In this document: positions 35,704-44,118 of the stretch, piece by piece | Position numbering within the stretch: position 1 is the first letter of the stretch | Layout: every line of letters starts with the position of its first letter | IMG/VR virus record: IMGVR_UViG_3300050499_000294 | Coordinates: 98 to 64,097 of that record | Direction: 5' to 3' (one strand) | DNA from: a virus | DNA length: 64,000 bases | Made by a program: the position numbers and the translations under genes | The notes under the pieces: model-generated | What the model saw: only the letters and a program-made list of their open reading frames with translations | Databases searched by the model: none | Told to the model about the DNA's origin: nothing

Positions 35704-37340
35704 TAGTGCCGTCTCCTAAAGATTGCAGGATTCGCGGCAATTAACGCCGCTGTTGCATCCCCACCGAAGGGATGGACCGTCGTAAAGTTGCCTTCCGTAC
35801 CGAGATTGTTCTCCTGGCCCTTGCCCACCCAGAAAAAGCCGCCCTGGAGTTCGAGGCGGTCATAGGTTTCCAGCCCTTCTTTGAGCAACACCTCTTCTAA
35901 ATGGCGCCGGTCTGTTCCGCTGCCCAACCCGCGACCAAACCACACCATCTGCGACTGGGTTAAGACCGTTTTCGCCACTTCGGCAATGCGTTGGGCAATA
36001 ACCATCCAGCCGACGCCATATTTACGCGTTTCACGGTAGGCCCGATTCACGACCGACCGTGTTTCATTGGTATCATCGACTCGCGCTTCGGGGACCCACC
36101 GCGTCCCCTCATCCAAAACCACGAGGGCATTGTTTTGTTGCCCCTGGGTATAGCGCCTTTGAGCATGCTGCGTCAGATGCTCCATGAGTTCCCTCATGAC
36201 GTAGACTTGTTCTTTTTCCCGGAGATACCGCGAATCCATCCGTATAACCACCTTGCGCCCATGCTCTAAAATACTCTGGACAAGATCACCCATGCGTTCG
36301 CGGCCATCAAAGAACTGCCTGACGCGCTCAAAGTCACGCTCAAAAGCCCGACGCCGAGCAGGCTGTGTCTGCAATTGAGCGACTTCTTGCAGCTTGGCTT
36401 TCTGGGTATTGCCGCCCCCGGCATAACAGGAGCCAATATGGACGCCAACGGCGTCAAGCACGCGCTCACTCGTCAGTTCCGCAATGGTGACATCCTTCTC
36501 ACCAAAAATCTCTTCGCTCACAAGCTCCCCCAACCTATAGGCAATGTCGTCGCGCATATTCCCTATATGCCGATGGAACGGAAACACCAGGAGATCAGCC
36601 AACGTGGCTCGATCGGTCATGCAAATGTCCTGGACATTGAGCACCTCAACCTTGATCCCCGCAGCCTGACAGACCTCCAGATAATTCCAATGGAAGTCGC
36701 CTCGATCATGGCGCGTGGCATCCGAGAGATCGCCCGCCGTATCGGGCATAAGTAAGCCCATCTGTGGATGTGCGCAGAGCTTCCCAGCGATCAACATCAG
36801 CGCAAAAACCGTTTTGCCTGATCCCGTTTGGCCATAAACCGCATACAAGCGGGCCTCCCCATACCCACCGTCTTCAACTCGGCCAAAATTGCGATTGATA
36901 ATCGTTGCGAGAATCTCTGGGGTATTGGGAATATGGCCCAGTGCGAGCCGATACCGCTCATCTTTCTCATTGTAGAGTCGTGTGAGATGGTCACTATCTG
37001 CGAGGGCAATGAGCGTCCCAGTCGATGGCCAGGCTTGTTGCGGGATTTTGACGTTTTTGGCATCGACCGTCCCAATAATCTGAATGGTCGATTGCTCAAT
37101 ATCGACTTCGCGGGACCATTGCTCCACGCGACCATGAACCATGAGATAGGGCTTGAAGGCAGGATCGTCATGAATCGGATTGCTCAGATTAATAGGCCCC
37201 ATGCGTCCCACAATGAGATTTAACTCGACCGGCAAGGCGACATATTGTCCTGTCAGCGGGGTTCCACGAGCCTCGTGGAGAATCGTACAGTAAATAAGGC
37301 CATCTTTGACACCATCGAGCGTCGCAATCCATCGTTCCAT
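35703..37340 (-). CDS. herA: HerA/FtsK-family ATPase
   Basis: N-terminal HAS-barrel-like region; Walker A GQTGSGKT; Walker B LVVLDEG; RETRKYGVGWMVIAQR; RBS AAGGAG before ATG 37340. Confidence 0.85.
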   Translation of the reverse strand: MERWIATLDGVKDGLIYCTILHEARGTPLTGQYVALPVELNLIVGRMGPINLSNPIHDDPAFKPYLMVHGRVEQWSREVDIEQSTIQIIGTVDAKNVKIPQQAWPSTGTLIALADSDHLTRLYNEKDERYRLALGHIPNTPEILATIINRNFGRVEDGGYGEARLYAVYGQTGSGKTVFALMLIAGKLCAHPQMGLLMPDTAGDLSDATRHDRGDFHWNYLEVCQAAGIKVEVLNVQDICMTDRATLADLLVFPFHRHIGNMRDDIAYRLGELVSEEIFGEKDVTIAELTSERVLDAVGVHIGSCYAGGGNTQKAKLQEVAQLQTQPARRRAFERDFERVRQFFDGRERMGDLVQSILEHGRKVVIRMDSRYLREKEQVYVMRELMEHLTQHAQRRYTQGQQNNALVVLDEGTRWVPEARVDDTNETRSVVNRAYRETRKYGVGWMVIAQRIAEVAKTVLTQSQMVWFGRGLGSGTDRRHLEEVLLKEGLETYDRLELQGGFFWVGKGQENNLGTEGNFTTVHPFGGDATAALIAANPAIFRRRH

Positions 37341-37359
37341 CAGACTCCTTTCGTCCGGG

Positions 37360-38394
37360 TTAGATGAGTGTTCTAGCCGGATCGAAAAAGGGCGTACGTG
37401 GAAAATTGAACATGCCGTAGAGCGTCGCAATGGCTGATAACCGCTTCGTCGTCCAATCCGCCAGAAACTGGGGCCAGGGCTCCACGCTTCGATCTGCCGT
37501 ATGGTACGTGAGGGCGGAAAGTAACGGCATCAGCCATGTATCATCACAGAGCCTCTCTAGCCGTGCTTCAATACGTAAGGCCCGTGAAAACGGATGGGGT
37601 TTAAAATAGGTCATGCCTAAGCGCCGCTCATAGAAATCACGCAGGGCCTGCCGCTCGTCATGCTTGAATCCACGCTTTTCCACGCCAAACCGGCCTTTAG
37701 TCCCTGTGACAAGCGGCTCTGGCGCGAGAAATTCTCCTGGCTGGAGTATCTGTCCAAGGAGTTCACGATCGGAGACAAGCGCACGATCAAACTGGTGTGT
37801 TCTGGCCTGAAGAGCCGCAAGCGTAATACGCTCACTACTCTTGCTCATCGCAATCACTTCAGGATTCTCAAGCAGGGCGAGAAAGCCGCCATCAACGACC
37901 AACCTTTCATACGCTCGATTAATACCAGCATTCCTCGTCCCACCGTTTATACGCCGCGTAATCGTTTGATTCACTTCCATGAGCATCGACCAGAATGACG
38001 TATCGGCAATCGTGGGCGTACAGCTGTCGACCAACAAGATATTTTCCGCGAGCATACGTAAAGGCGTACGGGCCAAGCTCAATTCTTCACCATTAATACC
38101 AGTTTCACGGATAGGGTCGCCGAACGACGTTTGGCCATCGGCATCGACACGGACTGCTTGAATCAAAATAGAACAGATATCGCCGAGCGGGACATCAATG
38201 ACCGCCGCATCCACTGCACCTAATGACGTGGGAGGCGCTGCTTCCACCGTGCGGATATGGAGCAAATCGCGCAACTCAGTGGCATCTTCCAGGAGGTTCA
38301 GTCTTTCGCCAATTTGACGAAGGAAGTCCTGATTGTCGGCAATCCATGGCGCGATTAGCCGTTCAGGAATAGGCCGTGACTCCTCCGCCATCAC
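37360..38394 (-). CDS. nurA: NurA-like nuclease (RNase H/PIWI-related fold)
   Basis: GAVDAA, RMLAE, IADTS, AMSKSS, LRIE and PWPQFLAD correspond to NurA motifs; directly upstream of HerA. Confidence 0.7.
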   Translation of the reverse strand: MMAEESRPIPERLIAPWIADNQDFLRQIGERLNLLEDATELRDLLHIRTVEAAPPTSLGAVDAAVIDVPLGDICSILIQAVRVDADGQTSFGDPIRETGINGEELSLARTPLRMLAENILLVDSCTPTIADTSFWSMLMEVNQTITRRINGGTRNAGINRAYERLVVDGGFLALLENPEVIAMSKSSERITLAALQARTHQFDRALVSDRELLGQILQPGEFLAPEPLVTGTKGRFGVEKRGFKHDERQALRDFYERRLGMTYFKPHPFSRALRIEARLERLCDDTWLMPLLSALTYHTADRSVEPWPQFLADWTTKRLSAIATLYGMFNFPRTPFFDPARTLI

Positions 38395-38573
38395 TCCTCC
38401 TCTCTATGCATAGAGGAATGCCGTGCCTGCTGCTGGCGTTCCTGTTCAGCCTGGACAAGCCCCTCCTCAAGAAAGCGGCGCAACAATTCTGCTTGTTTCA
38501 TTCCAAGCACGTCAGCCAGCGCCTTGAGCCGTACATATTGTTGTGCCGCAATATGGACAGTAATTTTTTTCAT
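38391..38573 (-). CDS. Ribbon-helix-helix (CopG-like) regulator heading the NurA-HerA operon
   Basis: MKKITVHIAAQQYVRLKALADVLGMKQAELLRRFLEEGL. Confidence 0.75.
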   Translation of the reverse strand: MKKITVHIAAQQYVRLKALADVLGMKQAELLRRFLEEGLVQAEQERQQQARHSSMHREEE

Positions 38574-38622
38574 GATATCATTGTATGGCGAAAAGACTGA
38601 TGAAAGCAAGAGGAAAACCGTG

Positions 38623-38820
38623 ATGTGTGACGACGCCGACCTGCCCGACCATGACTTCGAATCCATCTACGGCCATGCCGCCCTGCACGCACGGACCCTG
38701 GCCCGCCTCGATGCGATTGCCCGCAAGATGGAGGCGCAGGCGCATGACTTCCACGCCTGGCTCGCCACGCGGGAGGTCCCACGACACTCGGCCCCGCCCA
38801 CGGGCGTGCAGGACCGGTGA
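38623..38820 (+). CDS. Small hypothetical protein
   Basis: RBS GAGG; divergent from the RHH gene. Confidence 0.4.
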   Translation: MCDDADLPDHDFESIYGHAALHARTLARLDAIARKMEAQAHDFHAWLATREVPRHSAPPTGVQDR

Positions 38821-38995
38821 GGATCTGCTACACTCCTGGCTACTCGTGAATGCTTGTGTAGTCACTGGGGCGGGCCGGAACCCGCCCTGGTCGCTTCTCT
38901 CGCCTCCCTCCGCTTGCCTAGCACAATCTCTTCGTGTAGGGTAGCCCCGCATCGCCGTTTACACGACATACCTGTCTAGCACAAGGAGACACGTC

Positions 38996-39520
38996 ATGAT
39001 CCGTCACCCTCGCTCCCGGCTCGTCGCCAGCTTCCTGGCCCTGTGCCTGAGCGCCACCGGCGCCCTGGCCGCCATCACGAGCAGCCTCGATCCGTCGCAA
39101 GCCCCCTCGGGGACCCATCTGCAAACGGGCACCATTGGCTGTAGCGTCAATGCCGACCAGTCCGTCACCTGTAGCACGTTTGAACTGGCGGGCGTCGGTC
39201 ATACTGACGCGAACGTCAGCCTGAACGCCAGCTACAGCGCCACCGTGGATTGTTTCAACCACGGCGCGAATCGAAATAATCCGATTGAGTCACACACGAC
39301 GAGTTTTAGTGCAAGTACGCAGATTACCGTCACGTCGGGAAAGAATGGCCGGTTGAGCGTGCCAGCACAGAGCGTCAATCCTACCATTGTCGCGCAGGGC
39401 TGCCCTAATCCGAACTGGACGCCGGTTATTCGTGCAGGGACGCTGGCGTTGGTGAGTTTTAGCTATGAGCTGACGTTTGAGGACTTTAACGACCCGTATA
39501 TTCTGATCACAGGCCCATAG
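38996..39520 (+). CDS. Exported moron protein with four Cys
   Basis: Signal peptide ...LVASFLALCLSATGALA; strong RBS AAGGAG; opposite strand to flanking genes. Confidence 0.8.
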   Translation: MIRHPRSRLVASFLALCLSATGALAAITSSLDPSQAPSGTHLQTGTIGCSVNADQSVTCSTFELAGVGHTDANVSLNASYSATVDCFNHGANRNNPIESHTTSFSASTQITVTSGKNGRLSVPAQSVNPTIVAQGCPNPNWTPVIRAGTLALVSFSYELTFEDFNDPYILITGP

Positions 39521-39645
39521 TTCGTATAAAACTATGGGATATAGACATGGCAAGGCATCGCCGTCTAGGCACGGCGCGACGTGACGTGTCGAGGCTGGCC
39601 AAGGCAAGGCCCCGCTGGCCTGTCCCATGCGAGCTGCCCGCCGCC

Positions 39646-39978
39646 CTAGCCCAAGTCCGGGGGACATGCGGAGGGCGGCTGCTTCTCTAAGCCAATCAAC
39701 CGATTATCGGCCGCATCAATCGCTTTAATCAACTCGTCAACCTTGGTCTGAAGCGCCGTCTCTTGATGCGTTTGGGTATGTTGAATCAAAATGACGAGAA
39801 TCCAGGTTGTCCACGTGAGCAAACTGGTGGGGATGAGATTCCAGAGGTCGCCCCAGTGGAAGACGGGGCCTAATGCTAGCCAGAGCCCAAAGGCCAACAC
39901 GGACCCGAGAAACATCCAGGCCGACCCGGCAACCAGGCTCGCCGTCGTGGCTAGGCGATAAAACCAGTCCGCCTGCAC
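39646..39978 (-). CDS. Low-affinity iron permease (Fet4-like) family membrane protein
   Basis: Two TM segments, then LIQHTQTHQETALQTKVDELIKAIDAADNRLIGLE, matching the family LIQNTQNRD..A.Q.KLDELI motif. Confidence 0.75.
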   Translation of the reverse strand: MQADWFYRLATTASLVAGSAWMFLGSVLAFGLWLALGPVFHWGDLWNLIPTSLLTWTTWILVILIQHTQTHQETALQTKVDELIKAIDAADNRLIGLEKQPPSACPPDLG

Positions 39979-39993
39979 GCAGTCTCCTCCACG

Positions 39994-40221
39994 CTAGCGG
40001 ACCACGCTTGCGCCGTCCAGCACCGCGTCGCTGATCCGTGACAACTCATAGCTTTTTGAGGGCATCACGAGCCGCAGATCACATTGCGAGAGATACCCGT
40101 GCGCGAAGTGCCAGGCGAGGGAGCCATTCTTTTGCAGCTCCAGCGCACACGCCAGCATGCGCAGGTGCTCTTCGGTCACGCCATGCAGTTCAAGTCGTTC
40201 CCACACGAGCGCATCAAGCAT
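39994..40221 (-). CDS. Hypothetical protein
   Basis: MLDALVWERLELHG...; coupled in the small-gene cluster. Confidence 0.5.
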   Translation of the reverse strand: MLDALVWERLELHGVTEEHLRMLACALELQKNGSLAWHFAHGYLSQCDLRLVMPSKSYELSRISDAVLDGASVVR

Positions 40222-40423
40222 CGGGCACCTCCCGGCGCGGGTTGAGGCATTCCCAGCCCGCAAAGTGTTCGGGCTGCATCGACTCCTGGGTATACGTCGC
40301 CACCCAGCAGGTTTCGCCCACCCACAGCCAGCCGGGGGCCGCAGGGAGGCGCGGCAGATGCGCCCGCACGAAGGCCTCCAGCGTCGCACTAATGGGCGGC
40401 AGGAGCCGACCCTCGAATAGCAT
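40214..40423 (-). CDS. Hypothetical protein
   Basis: RBS GGGAGG; MLFEGRLLPP... Confidence 0.45.
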   Translation of the reverse strand: MLFEGRLLPPISATLEAFVRAHLPRLPAAPGWLWVGETCWVATYTQESMQPEHFAGWECLNPRREVPDA

Positions 40424-40500
40424 AGTGTCCCTCCCGCTCACGCCGCCTGGCCGCAGACGTGGGCGCCGCCTCAAAGCCCTAATCCGTCCACAACAGGCAC

Positions 40501-40719
40501 TCATGCCGACGTCTCCGGGAGTTCCTCGGGCAATGTGAAGGTATACGTCAGCCGGTAACTCCCCGGCGTTTCCGCATCGAGGCGCCAGCGCAGACTCTGC
40601 GCCTGCTGCGGGAGGGCGCCATGCGCATGCAGGAGGGCCTCAATGGCCACCATCGTGCGCCCGGCCATGAGCCGCGCGGGGAGCCACACCTCGCCCGTGA
40701 GCGTCAGGGTTCCAGGCAT
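40501..40719 (-). CDS. Hypothetical protein
   Basis: RBS AGGAGG; MPGTLTLTG... Confidence 0.5.
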   Translation of the reverse strand: MPGTLTLTGEVWLPARLMAGRTMVAIEALLHAHGALPQQAQSLRWRLDAETPGSYRLTYTFTLPEELPETSA

Positions 40720-40901
40720 GGATCCTCCTGCGCCTCTCGGAGACAATGCGCGGCGTGCAGCTGCCGTTCTAAGCGCTCCAGGACTGTTTGTGGATCTGGA
40801 GGCGCCTCCTCGCGTGCGTAGAAGCCGGGCTCGGGCTCATAGTCCAACTCGTCGTCCGGCTGTTGCTGCCAATGCGTGTACCGGGCATCGCGCGGGGTCA
40901 T
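40704..40901 (-). CDS. Hypothetical acidic protein
   Basis: RBS AAGGA; MTPRDARYTHW... Confidence 0.45.
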   Translation of the reverse strand: MTPRDARYTHWQQQPDDELDYEPEPGFYAREEAPPDPQTVLERLERQLHAAHCLREAQEDPCLEP

Positions 40902-40938
40902 GAGTGGAGATCCTTCGCCGGGAGCCGCATGACACTCA

Positions 40939-41223
40939 TCATGGTCGCTCCTTGTGCTGCAACACGTCCTGCGCCCAGGTCGGGGCCGGGAACACCGTGG
41001 CAATCCCGCTCAAATTCCCATGGCGCCCATAATAGGCCCGCAAGGCGTGGAGGGAGACCTGGCTCAGCATGGAGACCCCCGCACGCTGAGCCAGGGTCCA
41101 CACAATCTGGCGCACGCGGGTCGCGGACAGGCCATAGTCGTGGGCCACACGCCCATACGAAGCGCCCTGGCGCACGCGGGTCGCAATGGCCAGATCGCGT
41201 AGCGCACGGGTGGGGTCGCTCAT
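40939..41223 (-). CDS. Small HTH-like protein
   Basis: GASYGRVAHDYGLSATRVRQIV (sigma-70 region 4-like). Confidence 0.6.
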   Translation of the reverse strand: MSDPTRALRDLAIATRVRQGASYGRVAHDYGLSATRVRQIVWTLAQRAGVSMLSQVSLHALRAYYGRHGNLSGIATVFPAPTWAQDVLQHKERP

Positions 41224-41420
41224 GGCGCTTCCTTCGCGGTCTGCCCGTAGGGACCTTGGGCGGGATCATACGTCCTGGGGACCCGCTCCAGGTAAACGTG
41301 GCAGACGACACAGTAGGCAAAATCAATATCCTGGACATGGAAACTGATACTATTGCACAGGAGACAGAGGAGCGCGGGTTTTTCCGCAAGCGTGAGGATG
41401 CGGTACGCGTCGGTGATCAT
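41220..41420 (-). CDS. Small Zn-ribbon protein
   Basis: CLLCNSISFH..D...YCVVCH. Confidence 0.6.
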   Translation of the reverse strand: MITDAYRILTLAEKPALLCLLCNSISFHVQDIDFAYCVVCHVYLERVPRTYDPAQGPYGQTAKEAP

Positions 41421-41653
41421 GCGCCGAACTCCTCGAGCGTCAACGGCTGGCCCGTGGCCGCCTCCAAGGGTTGAAGCCAGGCCAGGAGGTCTGGGGTATC
41501 CACCGGATAGGGGCGCTCATAGTCGTAGACCACATACCGATCGTTGATGTCACGTCCCCACAAATAGGGGACGAGCATGGCACACTCGTCGGTCGTAAAA
41601 ACGGGGACGCCCCGACGCAGAATGACATAGCGATGTCGGGCATTCAAGCTCAT
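41417..41653 (-). CDS. Hypothetical protein ending in a copy of the minor-head C-terminus
   Basis: Ends TGQPLTLEEFGA; ATGA-coupled on both sides. Confidence 0.55.
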   Translation of the reverse strand: MSLNARHRYVILRRGVPVFTTDECAMLVPYLWGRDINDRYVVYDYERPYPVDTPDLLAWLQPLEAATGQPLTLEEFGA

Positions 41654-42693
41654 GCCCCGAGCTCCTCCAGCGTCAATGGCTTGCCCGTAGCCGCCTCGAT
41701 TAATTGTTTCACCGTGAGCGATCCAGCACGAAACATGCGTGCCCGCGTTGGCCCTAAGACCGCATCCTGATAGGCCGTATCGCGGCGTGCCAGCCAGCTA
41801 CTCACGCTGTCGTTTGGCACGCGACCTCCTCCCGGTACCACCGGGATAAAGCTCGAACGTCAGGCGATATGGTACGGCACACCGGAGAGATAGGGAATGC
41901 TATGCCCCACCGGCGTATGATCGGCATCGGCGGTATACCGGAGGCCATTACGCGCCAGGCAGACGTGTGACGTGCGCGAATCGAGAATCGAATGATGTTC
42001 AATTTGAACTGCATCACTATTCACCATTGCCGTTGCAACGCGCGCCTCACTCACCGCATTGGTCGTCTGCGTGCGTAAGAGGCGTGCGGCATCCTCTTTC
42101 GCCTTCGCCATAATCCCATCTTGAAAGCCGTTCGCCGCCGTCCCTTGCACCCGTGCCGCGAGAGTCGGGAGGGGCTCCTCCAGGCTGACCCCCACCATGA
42201 GCGAATCGCCCACGCGGGTCACGAGCCCAGCGGCGGCGCGGCTCCACCAGTCGTCCCCGGTCGTGCTCAAGTCCGTGGGTGTGGCCGGGCTGGGGATGAG
42301 CGTCTGACGCACGGCCCGGCGCAAGGTCGTCTCGCTGGGCATCTCGTCAATGGTGCGGATCTCCGTCTCGGTATTCACAATGCGCCGCGTGACACGGGCC
42401 TCTTGCTCGGCCAGGGCCACGAGAAACGCGTCCACGTCGCGGGCAATCTGGGCGTACCGGGTCGTTACAAGGGGATCAATCTCATCCCGCACCAGGAATT
42501 GCACCGCCCGGCGCCGCGCCACGAGAAAGCTAAACTGCGCGGGATCGGCCTCCCGGAGTGCATGCAACAGATCCTGCTCCAGCAAGAGCAAGACCGCCCA
42601 GACCTCCTGGCGCTGGTGCGTCTCGGCCCGGCCCACCTGGAGCAAGCGCGCGGTGAAAGCGTCGGCAATCTGCGCATTGACGGGCTCGGTCAT
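41650..42693 (-). CDS. Minor head morphogenesis protein (SPP1 gp7/Mu gpF family) with one in-frame TGA at 41862-41860
   Basis: SILDSRTSHVCLARNG...VPYHIA*RSSFIP...YQDAVLGPTRARMFRAG; both track ORFs share one frame (1044 nt total). Confidence 0.85.
41830..41859 (-). promoter_or_regulatory. Candidate bacterial SECIS hairpin
   Basis: After TGA: 13 nt, then TCCCGGT-GGT-ACCGGGA perfect stem with G at the start of the loop. Confidence 0.5.
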
Positions 42694-42965
42694 GCGACGC
42701 CGTCGTCTGCGGCACGCCTAGCGTCTTCGGCATCAAGCCAGGCTTCCAGAGCCCGCATCCGCGTCGCCGGGGAAACGAGTGAGAGGTCCGCATCGCCGCC
42801 TCGGCGGTCTGCGGCGATAAACGCCGCCCGGAGGGCCTCCAGAGAGGCCATCGCGCCCTCTAGCGTCCCATCAGCGCCCGGATACACCGTGGGCTTCCCG
42901 TCTCCTAACGTACTCATATGTTGCACTCTCCCACCCCGTCGTGGGGCATTTACGGACTCGGCCAT
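42690..42965 (-). CDS. Hypothetical protein
   Basis: Coupled to the minor head gene. Confidence 0.45.
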   Translation of the reverse strand: MAESVNAPRRGGRVQHMSTLGDGKPTVYPGADGTLEGAMASLEALRAAFIAADRRGGDADLSLVSPATRMRALEAWLDAEDARRAADDGVA

Positions 42966-43204
42966 AATACCTCATCGAGCACTTCGAAACATTCGACCCG
43001 CCCATCGGTGTGTAGCTTGTACCGGGCCACCACGATCGACTCTCCCGCCTCGTCAAGGGCCTTGGCCTCCACCAGGACATCCTCGGCAGGGGCGTACGCG
43101 GCCATCACGTGGGCAATCGTTTCTTCGAAGACGCGACGGGCATGGGCACGGTCATCACGCATTAGCCACCTCTGGCGCGATACGGCCGTGGCATACTCCG
43201 CCAT
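42950..43204 (-). CDS. Hypothetical protein
   Basis: Co-oriented small ORF. Confidence 0.5.
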   Translation of the reverse strand: MAEYATAVSRQRWLMRDDRAHARRVFEETIAHVMAAYAPAEDVLVEAKALDEAGESIVVARYKLHTDGRVECFEVLDEVLWPSP

Positions 43205-43270
43205 GACCGTGGCGATAGTCTCTTCAAAGTTTCAATCCCTTCCAGGGAAGTGACGACCATACCCATGCCG

Positions 43271-43690
43271 CTACACCGTGAGCCGCAGCCGACTCGTCTC
43301 GGGCAGCGCTTCGTCATGCCGCTCCCACTCACCACCCCCGACAGGTATCTGGATTTCTCCGCTAAAACCCGCCGGCTGAACAATCGATGAGGCCCAGCGA
43401 AATAATTCGCGCTCGACACTTGCTTGGAGCCGCTGCAAGACCTGGAGATACTCCAACTCGGCATCGCCCGCCTTGGGGTCGAGATGCCCCAACGCCTGGC
43501 GCATGACCTGCTCTTCTTCCGGCGTGGTCTTGGGATCAGGCGGGGTCTCGCCAATGAGCCCATGCCCCTCGGGATCGGCCAGCATATGCTGGAGCGTCAC
43601 CACGAGTTGGCGGAGCTTATCCACGTAGCCTTGCGTCATGTCGGCGTCGTGATCAAGGGCCTGAATCATCGCATCGACTAAGGCTTCCAT
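43271..43690 (-). CDS. Hypothetical protein
   Basis: MEALVDAMIQ..., helical. Confidence 0.5.
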   Translation of the reverse strand: MEALVDAMIQALDHDADMTQGYVDKLRQLVVTLQHMLADPEGHGLIGETPPDPKTTPEEEQVMRQALGHLDPKAGDAELEYLQVLQRLQASVERELFRWASSIVQPAGFSGEIQIPVGGGEWERHDEALPETSRLRLTV

Positions 43691-43710
43691 CGTTGGATCG
43701 TAAGGTTCCA

Positions 43711-43914
43711 CTAGGGCTCTCCTAACGTTTGCAATTCTTCGGTAACACACGTCTGCACGTCCACCAGGAGTTGACGATAAGAACGGGGTGATTCCGCCCG
43801 GGGGCGAAAGGTCATGAGGAGCCGCTGCAACGCATAGGCCCGGTCTTCCTGGAGCATGCGCAGACGGATTTCCTCCTGGAGGATCTCAAAGTTCGCCGTG
43901 GTGTGCTCAGCCAT
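43711..43914 (-). CDS. Hypothetical protein
   Basis: Co-oriented small ORF. Confidence 0.5.
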   Translation of the reverse strand: MAEHTTANFEILQEEIRLRMLQEDRAYALQRLLMTFRPRAESPRSYRQLLVDVQTCVTEELQTLGEP

Positions 43915-43917
43915 CGA

Positions 43918-44109
43918 CTATCCTCGCTTGCGCAAGCCCCGACGGGCAAGGCGTTTGCGGCCGGCCGCACCGGCACGCTTGGCAATATACGTCGCCAGGG
44001 CAAAGGCATTCCCTTTCCGCAACCCCCGACGCTTCAGTTGTTCGGCGACTTTACCCCGAGCGGCTCGGGCCTTGGTCCCCGTCTTAAAGGATACCTTCTT
44101 CTTGGCCAT
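43918..44109 (-). CDS. Small very basic protein
   Basis: 23 of 63 residues Lys/Arg; RBS GGAGG directly after the portal stop. Confidence 0.6.
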   Translation of the reverse strand: MAKKKVSFKTGTKARAARGKVAEQLKRRGLRKGNAFALATYIAKRAGAAGRKRLARRGLRKRG

Positions 44110-44118
44110 CGCACCCTC

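Noticed and set aside
38598-38620. CTGATGA...GAAA hammerhead-like words
   Set aside because: No stem II or flanking helices can form
42925-42950. CCCAC...GTGGGG resembling a type I-E repeat
   Set aside because: Lies in a coding region, lacks conserved flanks and has no partner repeat
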